A program made the translations under genes and the position numbers. Shown here one piece after another: positions 50,201-59,342 of a stretch of DNA of 64,000 nucleotides. Below the pieces are notes generated by a model. The model saw nothing but the letters and a program-made list of their open reading frames with translations. It was not told where the DNA came from and did no database searches. Numbering within the stretch: the first letter of the stretch is position 1; the number at the start of each line of letters is the position of its first letter. The DNA is from Candidatus Latescibacterota bacterium (GTDB lineage: Bacteria > Latescibacterota > UBA2968 > GCA-2709665): assembly GCA_965237675.1 (NCBI GenBank), contig OZ250150.1:2400001-2464000 (forward strand). The letters are read 5' to 3'.

Positions 50201-52482
50201 GCGCCCTCCTGTGGCTGCACGAGCAGGAGGTCATTCGCCTCAACAAGGGCCTCGCGGTATTCCGTCCGGCGATGACCATCAGGTTGGCCGAAGATAGACG
50301 AGGCTTCGCCAACGCCGACTTCGAACCACTGAAGCTCCACTACAAGGGGCAGGCGCTGCAGATCCACGTGATGGCCGAATTCGCGCAACAAGGCCTCAGG
50401 GATATGGCCGACGCCCTGCGGCTGGCACTTGATTACTTCAATCTCAAACAGCAGGATTTCCTACGTCAATGGCTACCGGATCGAGGCAAGGAAATCGAGC
50501 GGGAGACCACCCCCGAGTCCTGGCGAGCCATCGTCGAGAGCCTGAAGAATCCCGTCCAACAGCGCATTGTTGCTGATGATCGCGAGCAGACGAACGTCCT
50601 GGTGCTTGCCGGGCCCGGGTCCGGCAAGACGCGTGTTCTGGTGCATCGCATCGCCTACCTTATCCGCGCGAAACGGGAGAATCCCCGCGGCATTCTGGCG
50701 CTGGCTTATAACAGGCATGCCGCGGTCGAGATCCGGCGCCGTCTGACGGATTTGATTGGCGATGACGCTCGAGGGGTGACTGTTCTCACGTGTCACGCCC
50801 TGGCCATGCGTCTTGTCGGGGTGAGTTTTCAGGACCGGGAACGCCGGCCGCTGGACGACGATGGGTTTAGGGAGGTGCTGCGCCAGGCGACGGCGCTGCT
50901 GCGCGGCGAAGGGCTTGAGCCCGAGGAAGCAGACGATCAGCGGGAACGGCTTCTCAGGGGCTTCCGCTGGATCCTTGTGGACGAATACCAGGACATTGGA
51001 GCGGATCAATATGAACTGATATCGGCGCTGGCGGGACGAACCCTGGAGGATGAGGATCGAAGGCTGACCCTCTTCGCAGTTGGCGACGACGATCAGAACA
51101 TCTACGCCTTCAACGGTGCTTCGGTCGAGTTCATCCGGCGTTTCGAGGCGGATTACGGTCCGAAACCCAGCTACTTGGTTGACAATTACCGTTCCACTAA
51201 CCACGTTATCACGACCGCCAACGCGCTGATCAAGACGGCGCGGGAACGGTTGAAGACCGGACACCCCATCCGGATTGACCGTGCGCGTGCGAAAAATCCA
51301 GACGGTGGCGACTGGGAGACGCTGGACCCGGTCGCCCGAGGTCGGATCCAGATTTTGCCTGCCATGCCCGATCCGATTTCGCAGGCGCAGGTCGCGATGA
51401 CGGAGTTGCAGCGTCTCGCCGCACTCGTTCCGGATTGGGATTGGTCTACGTGTGCGGTGATCGCTCGCGAGTGGAAATACCTGGATCCGGCGCGCGCGTT
51501 CTGTGAAGTTAGCGGTATCCCGGCGCAAATGGCGAATGAGGTAATCCCGAGTTTCTGGCACCTGCGGGAGACCCGCGCATTCGTAGAATGGCTGAGGGGA
51601 CTGGATAACCGTCTTGTAGATGGCGCGGCTTTGGATGACTGGGTGGATACTCGTCCGCGAGGCCCGTGGATTGAACTGCTCCGGCAGGCGCTCGAGGAGC
51701 ACGCCCTGGAAACCGCAGGCGCGGAAGTGCCTGTGGACCACTTCATCGAGTGGCTGGCAGAGTGGGGGCGGGATGTACGGCGCCGCCAGCGCGGGCTATT
51801 GCTGTCGACCGCGCATCGGGCCAAGGGACTTGAGTTCGATCACATTGTGGTACTCGACGGAGGCTGGGACAGGGTTGACAGGGGCGAAGATCCGGACGCG
51901 CCGCGCAGGCTCTACTACGTGGCCATGACGCGCGCCAGGCAAACGCTCGCACTTGTCCGTTTTCAAGGATCGCGCCGGGCGGAAGGACTCGCACGTTCAG
52001 ATTTCGTTAGAGAGCCGGCACCCACGGCGTACGGGGAGCGACTCCGCTCGCTGCCCTACAAGTTTCCCGACAACGGCGCGATTTTGCACCGCGAGCCCGC
52101 TGCGATTCCAAACGACACAATCGAACTCAGCCGCCAATACCGGCGGCCGACACTGGGCGAGGTCAACCTGGGTTTCGGCGGGCGGCGAAACGCAAGTCAT
52201 CCTGTGCATCGCGCGATAGCCGCCCTGTCATCAGGCGATCAGCTGTGGACACGGATTACCGATACCGGAACCTGGGAATTGCTGGACCGGTCTGGGATGG
52301 TTGTTGGTCGTCTTGCGGGGGCGTTTGAACCGCCGCCTGAGACGAGGTGCACGGCGGCCACGGTTTACGCGGTCGTGACCTGGAGCCGCGTTGCATCGGA
52401 GCCGGAGTACCGCGAACACGCAAAATGCGATGTTTGGGAGGTTGTGGTGCCGGAACTCGTGTTCGAGCCTGAGAGCGCGTAG
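47203..52482 (+). CDS. Giant fusion: DEDD-like exonuclease, RecQ (SF2) helicase and UvrD (SF1) helicase
   Basis: SIDLEV/GHNLIAFD/LDTL; PTGTGKS, DEAH, TATA, AFGMGID, QESGRAGRD; AGPGSGKT, DEYQD, GDDDQNIY, NYRS, AKGLEFD, YVAMTRAR. Confidence 0.92.
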   Translation: MVASEQNNDAPVAPLSGLVSLGSSLPYRCVSIDLEVGKQDGRIRAFAAVRPDKDQPLTFNGGNLTSALKALDQYAHGAEFMLGHNLIAFDLPHLTAAKSDLRLLKLPALDTLKLNPLAFPRNPYHHLVKHYQDPQLKRGRINDPELDARLALNLFRDQWHALEAVGQNAPDLLVAWHWLTSSAGAGAGIDAFSGNEAAGFGAFFSVLRRSQRPSDAEARAAIGSLLKGNACQNHGQDVVQNSEQGAWPLAYALAWLSVSGGNSVMPPWVRHQFPEAGKLVRRLRDKSCGQSDCEWCRERHDPRKELKRWFGFDDFRPEPTDEKGRPMQQAIVVAAMAGEHVLGILPTGTGKSLCYQIPALSRYDKTGALTVVISPLVALMADQVVGLEARGIGSCVAINGLLSMPERADALDRVPLGDAAIILVSPEQLRSRSLRRVLDQREIGAWVLDEAHCLSRWGHDFRPDYRYIGRFIREKAGKGPIPPVLCLTATAKPDVVADIKQHFQDELGVELSVFDGGTRRTNLDFVVVQTTEPEKFAYIYQILIADLPPETPGGAIVYCATRRQTEEAAQFLQLKEVAAEHFHAGLPPETKKSVQQRFIGGELRVITATNAFGMGIDKSDVRLVIHADIPGSLENYMQESGRAGRDRKMARCVLLYTPEDVERQFGMSAYSRLSRREIHGVLRALRNLDRKKRFGGEVVATAGEILGEDDEKAFERDSATDDTRVRTAVSWLEESVLLTREENWVQVFPSSLRVSSVEEAGTRLAKREILDEYRRQLMKLVEALIDADPDEGISTDELMGVSGLSAEGVRGALYALERLGIASNDTALTAFVHVGVPRNSRKRFDEAMELETALIAHMREAAADLNKGDASTLHLRVAAQTLRNAGVVNPLPEFLWRILRSIAADGRGEGGDAGSLGVRRRDTETVRVELRREWSDLEELASRRRDGAKLLLDHLLSCLPPNSRGTDLLAETTLGKLLDAITSDIVLKSRVRNPEKLLDRALLWLHEQEVIRLNKGLAVFRPAMTIRLAEDRRGFANADFEPLKLHYKGQALQIHVMAEFAQQGLRDMADALRLALDYFNLKQQDFLRQWLPDRGKEIERETTPESWRAIVESLKNPVQQRIVADDREQTNVLVLAGPGSGKTRVLVHRIAYLIRAKRENPRGILALAYNRHAAVEIRRRLTDLIGDDARGVTVLTCHALAMRLVGVSFQDRERRPLDDDGFREVLRQATALLRGEGLEPEEADDQRERLLRGFRWILVDEYQDIGADQYELISALAGRTLEDEDRRLTLFAVGDDDQNIYAFNGASVEFIRRFEADYGPKPSYLVDNYRSTNHVITTANALIKTARERLKTGHPIRIDRARAKNPDGGDWETLDPVARGRIQILPAMPDPISQAQVAMTELQRLAALVPDWDWSTCAVIAREWKYLDPARAFCEVSGIPAQMANEVIPSFWHLRETRAFVEWLRGLDNRLVDGAALDDWVDTRPRGPWIELLRQALEEHALETAGAEVPVDHFIEWLAEWGRDVRRRQRGLLLSTAHRAKGLEFDHIVVLDGGWDRVDRGEDPDAPRRLYYVAMTRARQTLALVRFQGSRRAEGLARSDFVREPAPTAYGERLRSLPYKFPDNGAILHREPAAIPNDTIELSRQYRRPTLGEVNLGFGGRRNASHPVHRAIAALSSGDQLWTRITDTGTWELLDRSGMVVGRLAGAFEPPPETRCTAATVYAVVTWSRVASEPEYREHAKCDVWEVVVPELVFEPESA

Positions 52483-52705
52483 TCCCGTAAGGAAGCGGTG
52501 GCAGGTTCGCGGCTTTCCTGGCGCCGTGCGGCTAGGGCTAACGGGCTTCGACCGTCATCGCGAGTGGAACGCACGAGCAACGGCTGCGATCCGGAGGGAC
52601 GTGGAGAGGTTTCTTAGATGTACCCGTGGGAGTAGGGATAAACGGAAGGATGTCAAATCTGAAGGCTAGCCTGACAACACATCTGTCGAAGTCAGAAGCC
52701 GCACA

Positions 52706-53203
52706 TCAGTCGATTCTGGTTTCCTCACGACTTTCAATAGAATTTGGCGTCGAATGAGCGTCTCGTTTAATGACCACACACCCAGCCGTTATATCATGCA
52801 GCCCTTGTTTTTTCTTAGTAAATGCCACCATTATAAAGCCAATGAAAACCAACATCATTGAAAACAACTTAGTGAAGTTTCGTCCAATAGCTATTCCAAA
52901 TCCAATGCGGTTTCCCTGAAGGTCGGTGACCTTGATTCCGACGGCCAACTTACCCAGCGTCCCCTGTTTACCCGACGACTCGAACACAGAATAATAGATC
53001 CAGGCGATTGCGAGGTTGATCACAATCCAATATCCTTGCGCCTCTGCGTTTATGTCTGCCAGTTCTTCCGCCTCTACGGATATCGCTAACGGAATTAGAT
53101 AAAGGATTACATACAGGATTGCACAGATCGTCGAAATCACGGAGGTGACCAGACTATCGATCCATGCCGCCGCGAATCTCTTCCAGAACCCAGCATACAC
53201 CAC
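52706..53203 (-). CDS. RDD family membrane protein
   Basis: YAGFWKRFAAAWID, GTLGK, KKQGLHD; visibly AT-richer than its flanks. Confidence 0.88.
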   Translation of the reverse strand: MVYAGFWKRFAAAWIDSLVTSVISTICAILYVILYLIPLAISVEAEELADINAEAQGYWIVINLAIAWIYYSVFESSGKQGTLGKLAVGIKVTDLQGNRIGFGIAIGRNFTKLFSMMLVFIGFIMVAFTKKKQGLHDITAGCVVIKRDAHSTPNSIESREETRID

Positions 53204-53283
53204 GCGAATTCCCCACGTTAGAAACGACGCACCCTTCGCCGCTCAGCGGGTGTTCACCTGCAGTAGAATCAGGGTTTTGCAGG

Positions 53284-53656
53284 TCATACGACGCCAGCAA
53301 TCATGCACTTAATCCGGTCGACCAGCCACCTCCAATCGGCGGCATCGTCACAATTCAACGTGCGCTCAGAGACGTCATCGGACATCGTGTTGAGGACATG
53401 CAATTCACCCAAACGGGTTTCGAGGTCCACATCAATGGTGATCTCGTTCGGATCGAGGCCCCAATCGGCCTGTACTCCCCCTGTCTCAGTCGGATAAAGG
53501 ATGCGGGAGGGATAATTCATCGGGGTAGTTGCACTCGAAGGTGTCGTGTAACCAATCAAGGCCGGCATTCGACGGCGCATTCCCTTCGCCGTCAAGCCAA
53601 CCGTCCTGCAGAAGGCGAAGATCATGGAGTTGTGCACCGAAGTGCAGAGGTTCCAT
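53284..53656 (-). pseudogene. Frameshifted conserved-hypothetical-like gene
   Basis: MEPLHFGAQLHDLRLLQDGWLDGEGNAPSNAGLDWLHDTFECNYPDELSLPH joins LYPTETGGVQADW... if one base at 53499/53500 is removed. Confidence 0.65.
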
Positions 53657-53716
53657 AGACTTGCCCCGACTTTGTCGACACCCACTTTGACAGATTTGTT
53701 GTGAAAAAAGGTAGTG

Positions 53717-53812
53717 TTACTGATTTATATAGATGAACTCGAACCAGATCCCGTCCAGGTGTTGAAAGTCTGTATCCGTTGAAAGAAGCGTAGCTCCGCT
53801 CGCGTGAGCGGT
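53717..53812 (-). pseudogene. C-terminal remnant of a PIN/VapC toxin
   Basis: TAHASGATLLSTDTDFQHLDGIWFEFIYINQ* matches the PIN C-terminal A....L.T.D.DF pattern; no start codon. Confidence 0.7.
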
Positions 53813-53816
53813 ATGT

Positions 53817-54758
53817 TCAATCGAGTTGGGCCAGGAGATGTTCGATCGGTTCATCTCCAGGCCAGGCCCCGGCAAGCTCAATAGGGTCGAACGCACTTAC
53901 TTCCTTCCGTGGAACAGGAAACAAGCCGTGCGAATCCTCAACCTCGACCGACGGCATTTCTTCGAAGACGTTATCTCCTCCCTGATGATCACTAATCCTG
54001 CGAGCCTCAATAAGTCGTGGCTGCCCGTTGACCTTGAAGTGCACAATTCCCTCGACGGTTGTGTGCTTACCCCACATAGGACGCAACGCCTCCACGTCCA
54101 ATGATGTCGTGTCTACGCGTCCAAAGAGCGCTGCCCTCTGTCCCACCACGAGGCGAAAGCGGCCGTTGCCGTGTTTGATCTCGTCGAGCCTTCCACTTAC
54201 GATAAACGATCGTGGTTCCGGGATGTCACTCAATCGATCTCTAACTCCCGTGCAAGTACTGTCGTCCAACGCAAAATGCCCATGCGCCCCGCCTTGAGGG
54301 ACCAATTCATAGCGCACACCGGCCACACCGGCCGCTTTTCCGAACTTGAGAATTGCCTCTAAAACAGAACTGTCGAAATAGTCTCCCGCGGGATTGTCCA
54401 ATTGAGTTTCGTTTACGGACTGAGCTACGAGGTCAAGCGCCGTCTCGTCCATGTTGGGCTGTTTTCTCCATAAATCTTCCTGGGCGAATTGCTCATGGGC
54501 AGTATCGCCAAGCCTTGGAGCCTCTAACTGAATAGTAGTCGATCCAGACTTCAATCCAGTTATCGTAAAGTCGATCGTAGAGCTCAGCCATTGGGGTCTC
54601 GCCCCTTTTCCGACGCCCACTCCGGTGGCGACCAGGCGGGTGGTCCGTTCTGCTGTAGTGAGAAGGGCGTCCATAACCCGCCGGAGGGTCGTCATCCTGA
54701 TTTGACCGTCGCCTACTCTTAGACCGCTTATTCGGAGTTGATAGCGTTCTGTCTTCAT
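53817..54758 (-). CDS. Hypothetical protein, 313 aa, with antitoxin-like C-terminus
   Basis: Long ORF with GGAGG-like RBS; ends WPGDEPIEHLLAQLD directly upstream of the PIN remnant. Confidence 0.75.
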   Translation of the reverse strand: MKTERYQLRISGLRVGDGQIRMTTLRRVMDALLTTAERTTRLVATGVGVGKGARPQWLSSTIDFTITGLKSGSTTIQLEAPRLGDTAHEQFAQEDLWRKQPNMDETALDLVAQSVNETQLDNPAGDYFDSSVLEAILKFGKAAGVAGVRYELVPQGGAHGHFALDDSTCTGVRDRLSDIPEPRSFIVSGRLDEIKHGNGRFRLVVGQRAALFGRVDTTSLDVEALRPMWGKHTTVEGIVHFKVNGQPRLIEARRISDHQGGDNVFEEMPSVEVEDSHGLFPVPRKEVSAFDPIELAGAWPGDEPIEHLLAQLD

Positions 54759-54853
54759 GACAAGGCCCTCCTTCCGGAACCGCTAAACTTCGGAGTATTT
54801 TAGATTTCCATCTTTCCTGTCTCCGCTGTCAACGTGACAGGCATGCCGAGTTT

Positions 54854-54984
54854 CATGTTCCTCCAACGAGACTACCCGCTCATTTGCCAACGCCGCGGCA
54901 TAGCAGGTGGCCGCCTGGACGACTTCGCGTGAAACCGACGGGGTAACTCTTCGAAATTTCTTCGGGATTCAGGCCCGACGCCAG
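54854..54984 (-). pseudogene. DUF433-family antitoxin remnant overlapping the start of a truncated partner gene
   Basis: LASGLNPEEISKSYP(frameshift)SVSREVVQAATCYAAALANERVVSL, then GGAGGA and ATG AAA CTC at 54856. Confidence 0.7.
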
Positions 54985-55062
54985 ACCTCAGTACACCGAT
55001 CGCCGAACGACCCTACGGCTGGTGCGCTTGATGTTGGTTGGGACGGACCTGCACCAGCGCCC

Positions 55063-56361
55063 TTAATCCGCGGCGATTGTTTCCGGCGATTTGCGGCCGA
55101 AAGCCTCGATGGGAGGGAGGTTGCGGTCGGGGCCGAGTTCGAGTTGGCGGGGGCCAACCAGGATGTCCAGGTTGTCCCGCATTTCGGCCATGTCCAGGTA
55201 GGCGGTTGAGGCTTCGAATTCGCCGAGGTCCAGGGTATTCTTGATCCAGAGTACCCGGGCGTCGGACGCTTCGATGAGTCCGATGGATTCAAGCGCGACG
55301 TGGAGGACGTCCTCGTCGGTGGGAAAGTGCATGGGGGTGGCGGCCGCCGAGACGTGCTGACCGGTGATGGCGTTGACGTTCATTGCGTGATAGTCGATTT
55401 TCTCGACCAGGCGGTCGGTGGTGAATTCGGCCATGCCGATTCCCACGGCGTTGCCGTGGGTTTTCTCTGTGAGATCCCGCACAAAAATGCGCAGGACGCG
55501 CGGGGTATCTCCGTCCAGCGCCCTTCGCTCGTTGCGCTTGCGCCCCACGACGTTGGTATCGATGCCGGAGCCGCTGATGTCTTTGCCCATTTCGTCGATA
55601 ATGAGCAGGTCGACGTCGTCGAAGGGCAGGCGTGGGCACCAGGCCTTGGCTTTAACGAGAAGCTCCTTCTCAACGTCTTCGAAGTCAGGCGCAGGAACCG
55701 CGGCAATCTGCGCGGTCTCGTCGTAGCCGTTCTCGACCAGGGCAATTCCGAATGTGATCGGCATTTTTTCGCGGACCGTTTTCCCCACGACGCGTACAAT
55801 CTTGTCGAACGAGTGATGGATGATGGACCGGTGGTAGATCGTGGCGCCTCTGTGCTTGCCCAGGCCGATGAGCATCATTTTCATCAGGCCGCTTTCGATT
55901 TCACCGACGAAGCCGGTGTGGGGTTTGACGCGGTTGACAACGACCACGTGGTCGGCTTCCGAGGCGCATTTGTCGAAATAGACCGGCATTCCGAAATCGG
56001 TGACGCCTATTTCAACGACGTCCATAGAGGATCTGACCGGGGCGCCGACGGTTTCTTCTGTGATGCCGTACCCCGCCAGAATCTCCGCCTGGCCCTCGGC
56101 TGTGCCGCCGCCGTGGCTACCCATGGCCGGAACGATAAAAGGCCTGGCGCCCAGCGCGACCATCTCGTCCACAATCGTTGCAACGACCGTGTCGAGGTTG
56201 GCGATGCCCCGCGAGCCCGCCGCTATTGCCACGCTGTGCCCGGGTTTGATGGTTCCACCGGGGTTGAGTTTCCGGATTTCCCTCCGCGTGGTGCCGGGAA
56301 TATCGTCGACCCGAGGCGCGTCGAAGCGCTGGTGAATCCGAAACATGTGGGGGTATTGCAT
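55063..56361 (-). CDS. Lactate racemase-like (LarA N-terminal/DUF2088) protein
   Basis: GSRGI, PAMGSHGG, NRVKPHT, GLGKH, GKDISGSG.DTNV. Confidence 0.8.
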   Translation of the reverse strand: MQYPHMFRIHQRFDAPRVDDIPGTTRREIRKLNPGGTIKPGHSVAIAAGSRGIANLDTVVATIVDEMVALGARPFIVPAMGSHGGGTAEGQAEILAGYGITEETVGAPVRSSMDVVEIGVTDFGMPVYFDKCASEADHVVVVNRVKPHTGFVGEIESGLMKMMLIGLGKHRGATIYHRSIIHHSFDKIVRVVGKTVREKMPITFGIALVENGYDETAQIAAVPAPDFEDVEKELLVKAKAWCPRLPFDDVDLLIIDEMGKDISGSGIDTNVVGRKRNERRALDGDTPRVLRIFVRDLTEKTHGNAVGIGMAEFTTDRLVEKIDYHAMNVNAITGQHVSAAATPMHFPTDEDVLHVALESIGLIEASDARVLWIKNTLDLGEFEASTAYLDMAEMRDNLDILVGPRQLELGPDRNLPPIEAFGRKSPETIAAD

Positions 56362-56448
56362 GTGGAGCCTCCGGTGTTAGCTGACGCAAGTCAGGAATTG
56401 GGTCCCGCGTTAATGCCGTAGCCGCTCGCGATCGGACGCGACGAAAAT

Positions 56449-57606
56449 TCACATGGCGGCTTCGTACAACGCAATGATGTCCTTGAGGGTGGTGTGGCGC
56501 GGGTTGATCTGGATATTACCGCTTTTCATCGCATCTTCCGCCAGGACGGAAATACCCTGGGGCATGACGCCGACTTCGGTAAGGGTTTCCGGTATGCCGA
56601 CTTCACCTGCCAGGACGTTCACGGCTTCCACGGCAACGTCCGCGGCTTCCATTGGTGAGAGGCCTTCGACGTTCTCTCCCATTGCGATGGCGATATCCGC
56701 GAAGCGCCCCGGGCATGCGACTTTGTTGAAATCCATGACCCGCGTGAGCAGGATGGCGTTGGCCACGCCGTGCGGAACCCCGTAGTGGCCGCCCACGGCA
56801 TGCGACATCGCGTGGACATTGCCAAGGCGCGTCTGCGAGAAGGCGATGCCCGCCATATTGCTGGCGAGCAACATCTGTTCGGTGGCCCCGTAATTGTGAT
56901 GGCTTGCCGCGGCCTGCCGAAGGTTCCGTGAGATGAGCCGGATGGCGTGCAGTGCGAGGCCGTCGGATATCGGGTTGGCGGCAAGGGCCACGTAGGATTC
57001 CACCGCGTGGGTGAGCGCGTCCATCCCTGTGGCGGCGGCGATAGGCATGGGCAGGGCGACGGCCGCATTGGCGTCGAGGATACCGACGTCGGGAATCACG
57101 TGGGGGCCGCCTACCGTGGCCTTGAAGAGGTTGTTGTCCGTGACGACGGCGAATGGGGTGACTTCGCTGGCGGTGCCGTAGGTCGTGGGCACGCAGAGAA
57201 GGAAGGGCACGCGTTTTCGATCACACAACAGGCCGAAGTGGTCTTCAATTCTGCCGCCGTTGGCGTGTAGTACCCCGGCACACTTGGCGGTGTCCATTGA
57301 AGAACCTCCGCCTATGGCAAGCAACCAGTCGCAGCTTTCGGCCTGGTAGAGGTCGAAACAGGCCTGAACAACGTGAACCGGGGGGTTTTCTTCCACCCCA
57401 TCGTAGACCACAAAAGGGATCCCGGCGGCGTCCAGGACACCGATGACCTGCTGCGCCACGTCGGCTCTGACGAGGCCCTTATCGGTGACGACGAGGGCCT
57501 TTTTCTCGGAGCGGTCGGACAAGAGTCGCGGAATTTCCGAAACGCTGCCACGACCGACAATAAGACGGGTGGGGGAATGGAAGGTAAAGCGGTTCGGATT
57601 CGTCAC
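56449..57606 (-). CDS. Iron-containing alcohol dehydrogenase
   Basis: GGGSSMDTAK, PTTYGTASE, DALTHAVE, HAMSH, PHGVAN. Confidence 0.94.
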   Translation of the reverse strand: MTNPNRFTFHSPTRLIVGRGSVSEIPRLLSDRSEKKALVVTDKGLVRADVAQQVIGVLDAAGIPFVVYDGVEENPPVHVVQACFDLYQAESCDWLLAIGGGSSMDTAKCAGVLHANGGRIEDHFGLLCDRKRVPFLLCVPTTYGTASEVTPFAVVTDNNLFKATVGGPHVIPDVGILDANAAVALPMPIAAATGMDALTHAVESYVALAANPISDGLALHAIRLISRNLRQAAASHHNYGATEQMLLASNMAGIAFSQTRLGNVHAMSHAVGGHYGVPHGVANAILLTRVMDFNKVACPGRFADIAIAMGENVEGLSPMEAADVAVEAVNVLAGEVGIPETLTEVGVMPQGISVLAEDAMKSGNIQINPRHTTLKDIIALYEAAM

Positions 57607-57966
57607 GTTACGCGCTCCCTTAAGGACGGCAGAAGCAGGAATGTCGTTTCAATAATGTAGGGGTTGCGTCAAATGTGGACAAGCAGTTTCAGAAGACCAT
57701 CATCTTCGCGGCACCGTCGAAGCCGGTTACTACAGGGAAATCGCTCTCCGTCCATTTCCCGCTTAAACGTCAAGCATTGTCATTTTAAAGGATCTCGCAT
57801 GGTCCTATCGCGCGTACGGTGGTGTTGGGGGTTTTTCCGTGTTAATCCGTACTGCACTGTCGGTCGTGCTCTCCGGAGGGGATCGTAGGGCACCCTATTT
57901 CAATTTGTGCCCCCGAGGTGATTCACGGAAAAACCGGCCCCGCGCCGAGCGGCGCCCTTCTTTTTC

Positions 57967-57999
57967 GCCCTTTTTCTTGGGCGATGCAAGAAAAAGGGC
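57967..57999. repeat. Long hairpin in a repeat-rich intergenic region
   Basis: gccctttttcttg-ggcgatg-caagaaaaagggc (13-bp stem). Confidence 0.6.
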
Positions 58000-58161
58000 A
58001 AGGGAATAGGGGACGTTAAGGGGTGGTGGAGCTGCTATCTCAAGGGTTAAGAAACGCGGGTGCCTCGACATTTTAACAAGCTCAACACAGGCACGTAGCG
58101 AAACGAAATGAAACGGAGGAAGAATGGTGGATTTTTTCCGGGACAAGACGATCGACCCGTG

Positions 58162-59175
58162 TCAGAAAATCCTGCCGATTTCGTCCCGGTCGAATGCGGG
58201 GAGCTCGCCGAAGCGGTCGTCTTCGCGTAGGCTGAGTCCGAATTCAGGTGATTCCACACGGCCGATGATCTCGCAGGCGATCCCCGCGGTTCGGATGGCA
58301 TTGCGAACCTGTTCGGCATCTTCCGGCGCCAGGCCGATCAGCAGCGCGCCGGAGGAGATGATGCCCAGTGGGTCGAGTCGAAAAGCGTCGCAGAGAAGTC
58401 GCGTTTCATCGGAGGCGAACAGGGCCGCCGCGTTCACGGAAAGCCCGCAGTTCGACGCGGCAGCCAGTTCTCGCAGCGCGGTGGCCACGCCACCTTCGGT
58501 GGGATCGTGCATGGCGTGGATGCGTGCGGTCTCGCAGGCGATGCGAGCCTCTTTGAGGATACTGATGCCCGGATCGTGCAGGTAGTCACAGGCGCTCCTG
58601 AGTAGATGGGCATCGAATCCCCGGTCGCGGAGTTCGCCTGCTTTCTCCCTGGCGAGGATGGCGGTGGCTTCGATACCCAGCCCCTTGGTCATCAGGAGGC
58701 GGTCGCCTTCTTGCAGGCCGCTGGAGCGGACAAGGTCCTCCCTGGAAACTTCGCCGAGCATCTGTCCGACGACGATGGGCCGGTCCAGGCCCGTCGTTAT
58801 CTCGGTGTGGCCCCCGCAGATCGTGACGCCGATTTCGTCAGCGGCGGTGCGGAGTGAATGAAAGATTGACCGAACGAGCACGTCGTCGGATCGGCATTCC
58901 GGCAGAAGCAGCGTGGCCAGGAACCAGCGTGGTACCGCGCCCATCGTGGCGATGTCGTTTGCGTTAACGTGGACCGCGTAGTGGCCGATTTCGTCCGTCG
59001 CGAAAGTTATCGGGTCCGTCTTGACCACCAGGCAGGTCTGCCCGAAGTCGATGACCGCGGCGTCCTCGCCCACCTGCGGGCCCACGAGAACGCGTCCGTC
59101 CTCGGCCTTGCATTCGCGCAGCAGACCGGAAAGCATGTCGAGCGGGAGTTTGCCAGGCGGCAGAATTGGACCCAT
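58162..59175 (-). CDS. AIR synthase-related (PurM/HypE-like) protein
   Basis: GEDAAV, TDPIT, NANDIA, GGHTE, MHDPTEGG. The promoter TTGACA-17-TATCGT at 59242-59270 supports ATG 59175. Confidence 0.85.
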   Translation of the reverse strand: MGPILPPGKLPLDMLSGLLRECKAEDGRVLVGPQVGEDAAVIDFGQTCLVVKTDPITFATDEIGHYAVHVNANDIATMGAVPRWFLATLLLPECRSDDVLVRSIFHSLRTAADEIGVTICGGHTEITTGLDRPIVVGQMLGEVSREDLVRSSGLQEGDRLLMTKGLGIEATAILAREKAGELRDRGFDAHLLRSACDYLHDPGISILKEARIACETARIHAMHDPTEGGVATALRELAAASNCGLSVNAAALFASDETRLLCDAFRLDPLGIISSGALLIGLAPEDAEQVRNAIRTAGIACEIIGRVESPEFGLSLREDDRFGELPAFDRDEIGRIF

Positions 59176-59342
59176 AGTGAACGCAAATGGAGAGGTGAAA
59201 CGCAGAAAGTGACATTTGGACTTGCGTCGCCCGCGGGATTTACGATAGGCCAATTCCGACGGGTTGTCAACTTTTTTGCGGGCTCATGTCGCGATCCACT
59301 CCAGACGGTCGCGGGGATGAGACAGGTGAAGCGGGTGTCTCT

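Noticed and set aside
52478-52520. SRP RNA-like motif (tcccgtaaggaagcgg)
   Set aside because: It lacks the 5' CAGG strand and a long closing helix, and it overlaps the helicase stop codon.
58162-59175. Selenophosphate synthetase selD
   Set aside because: It lacks the N-terminal G(C/U)xxK motif and fits the PurM/HypE-like group.
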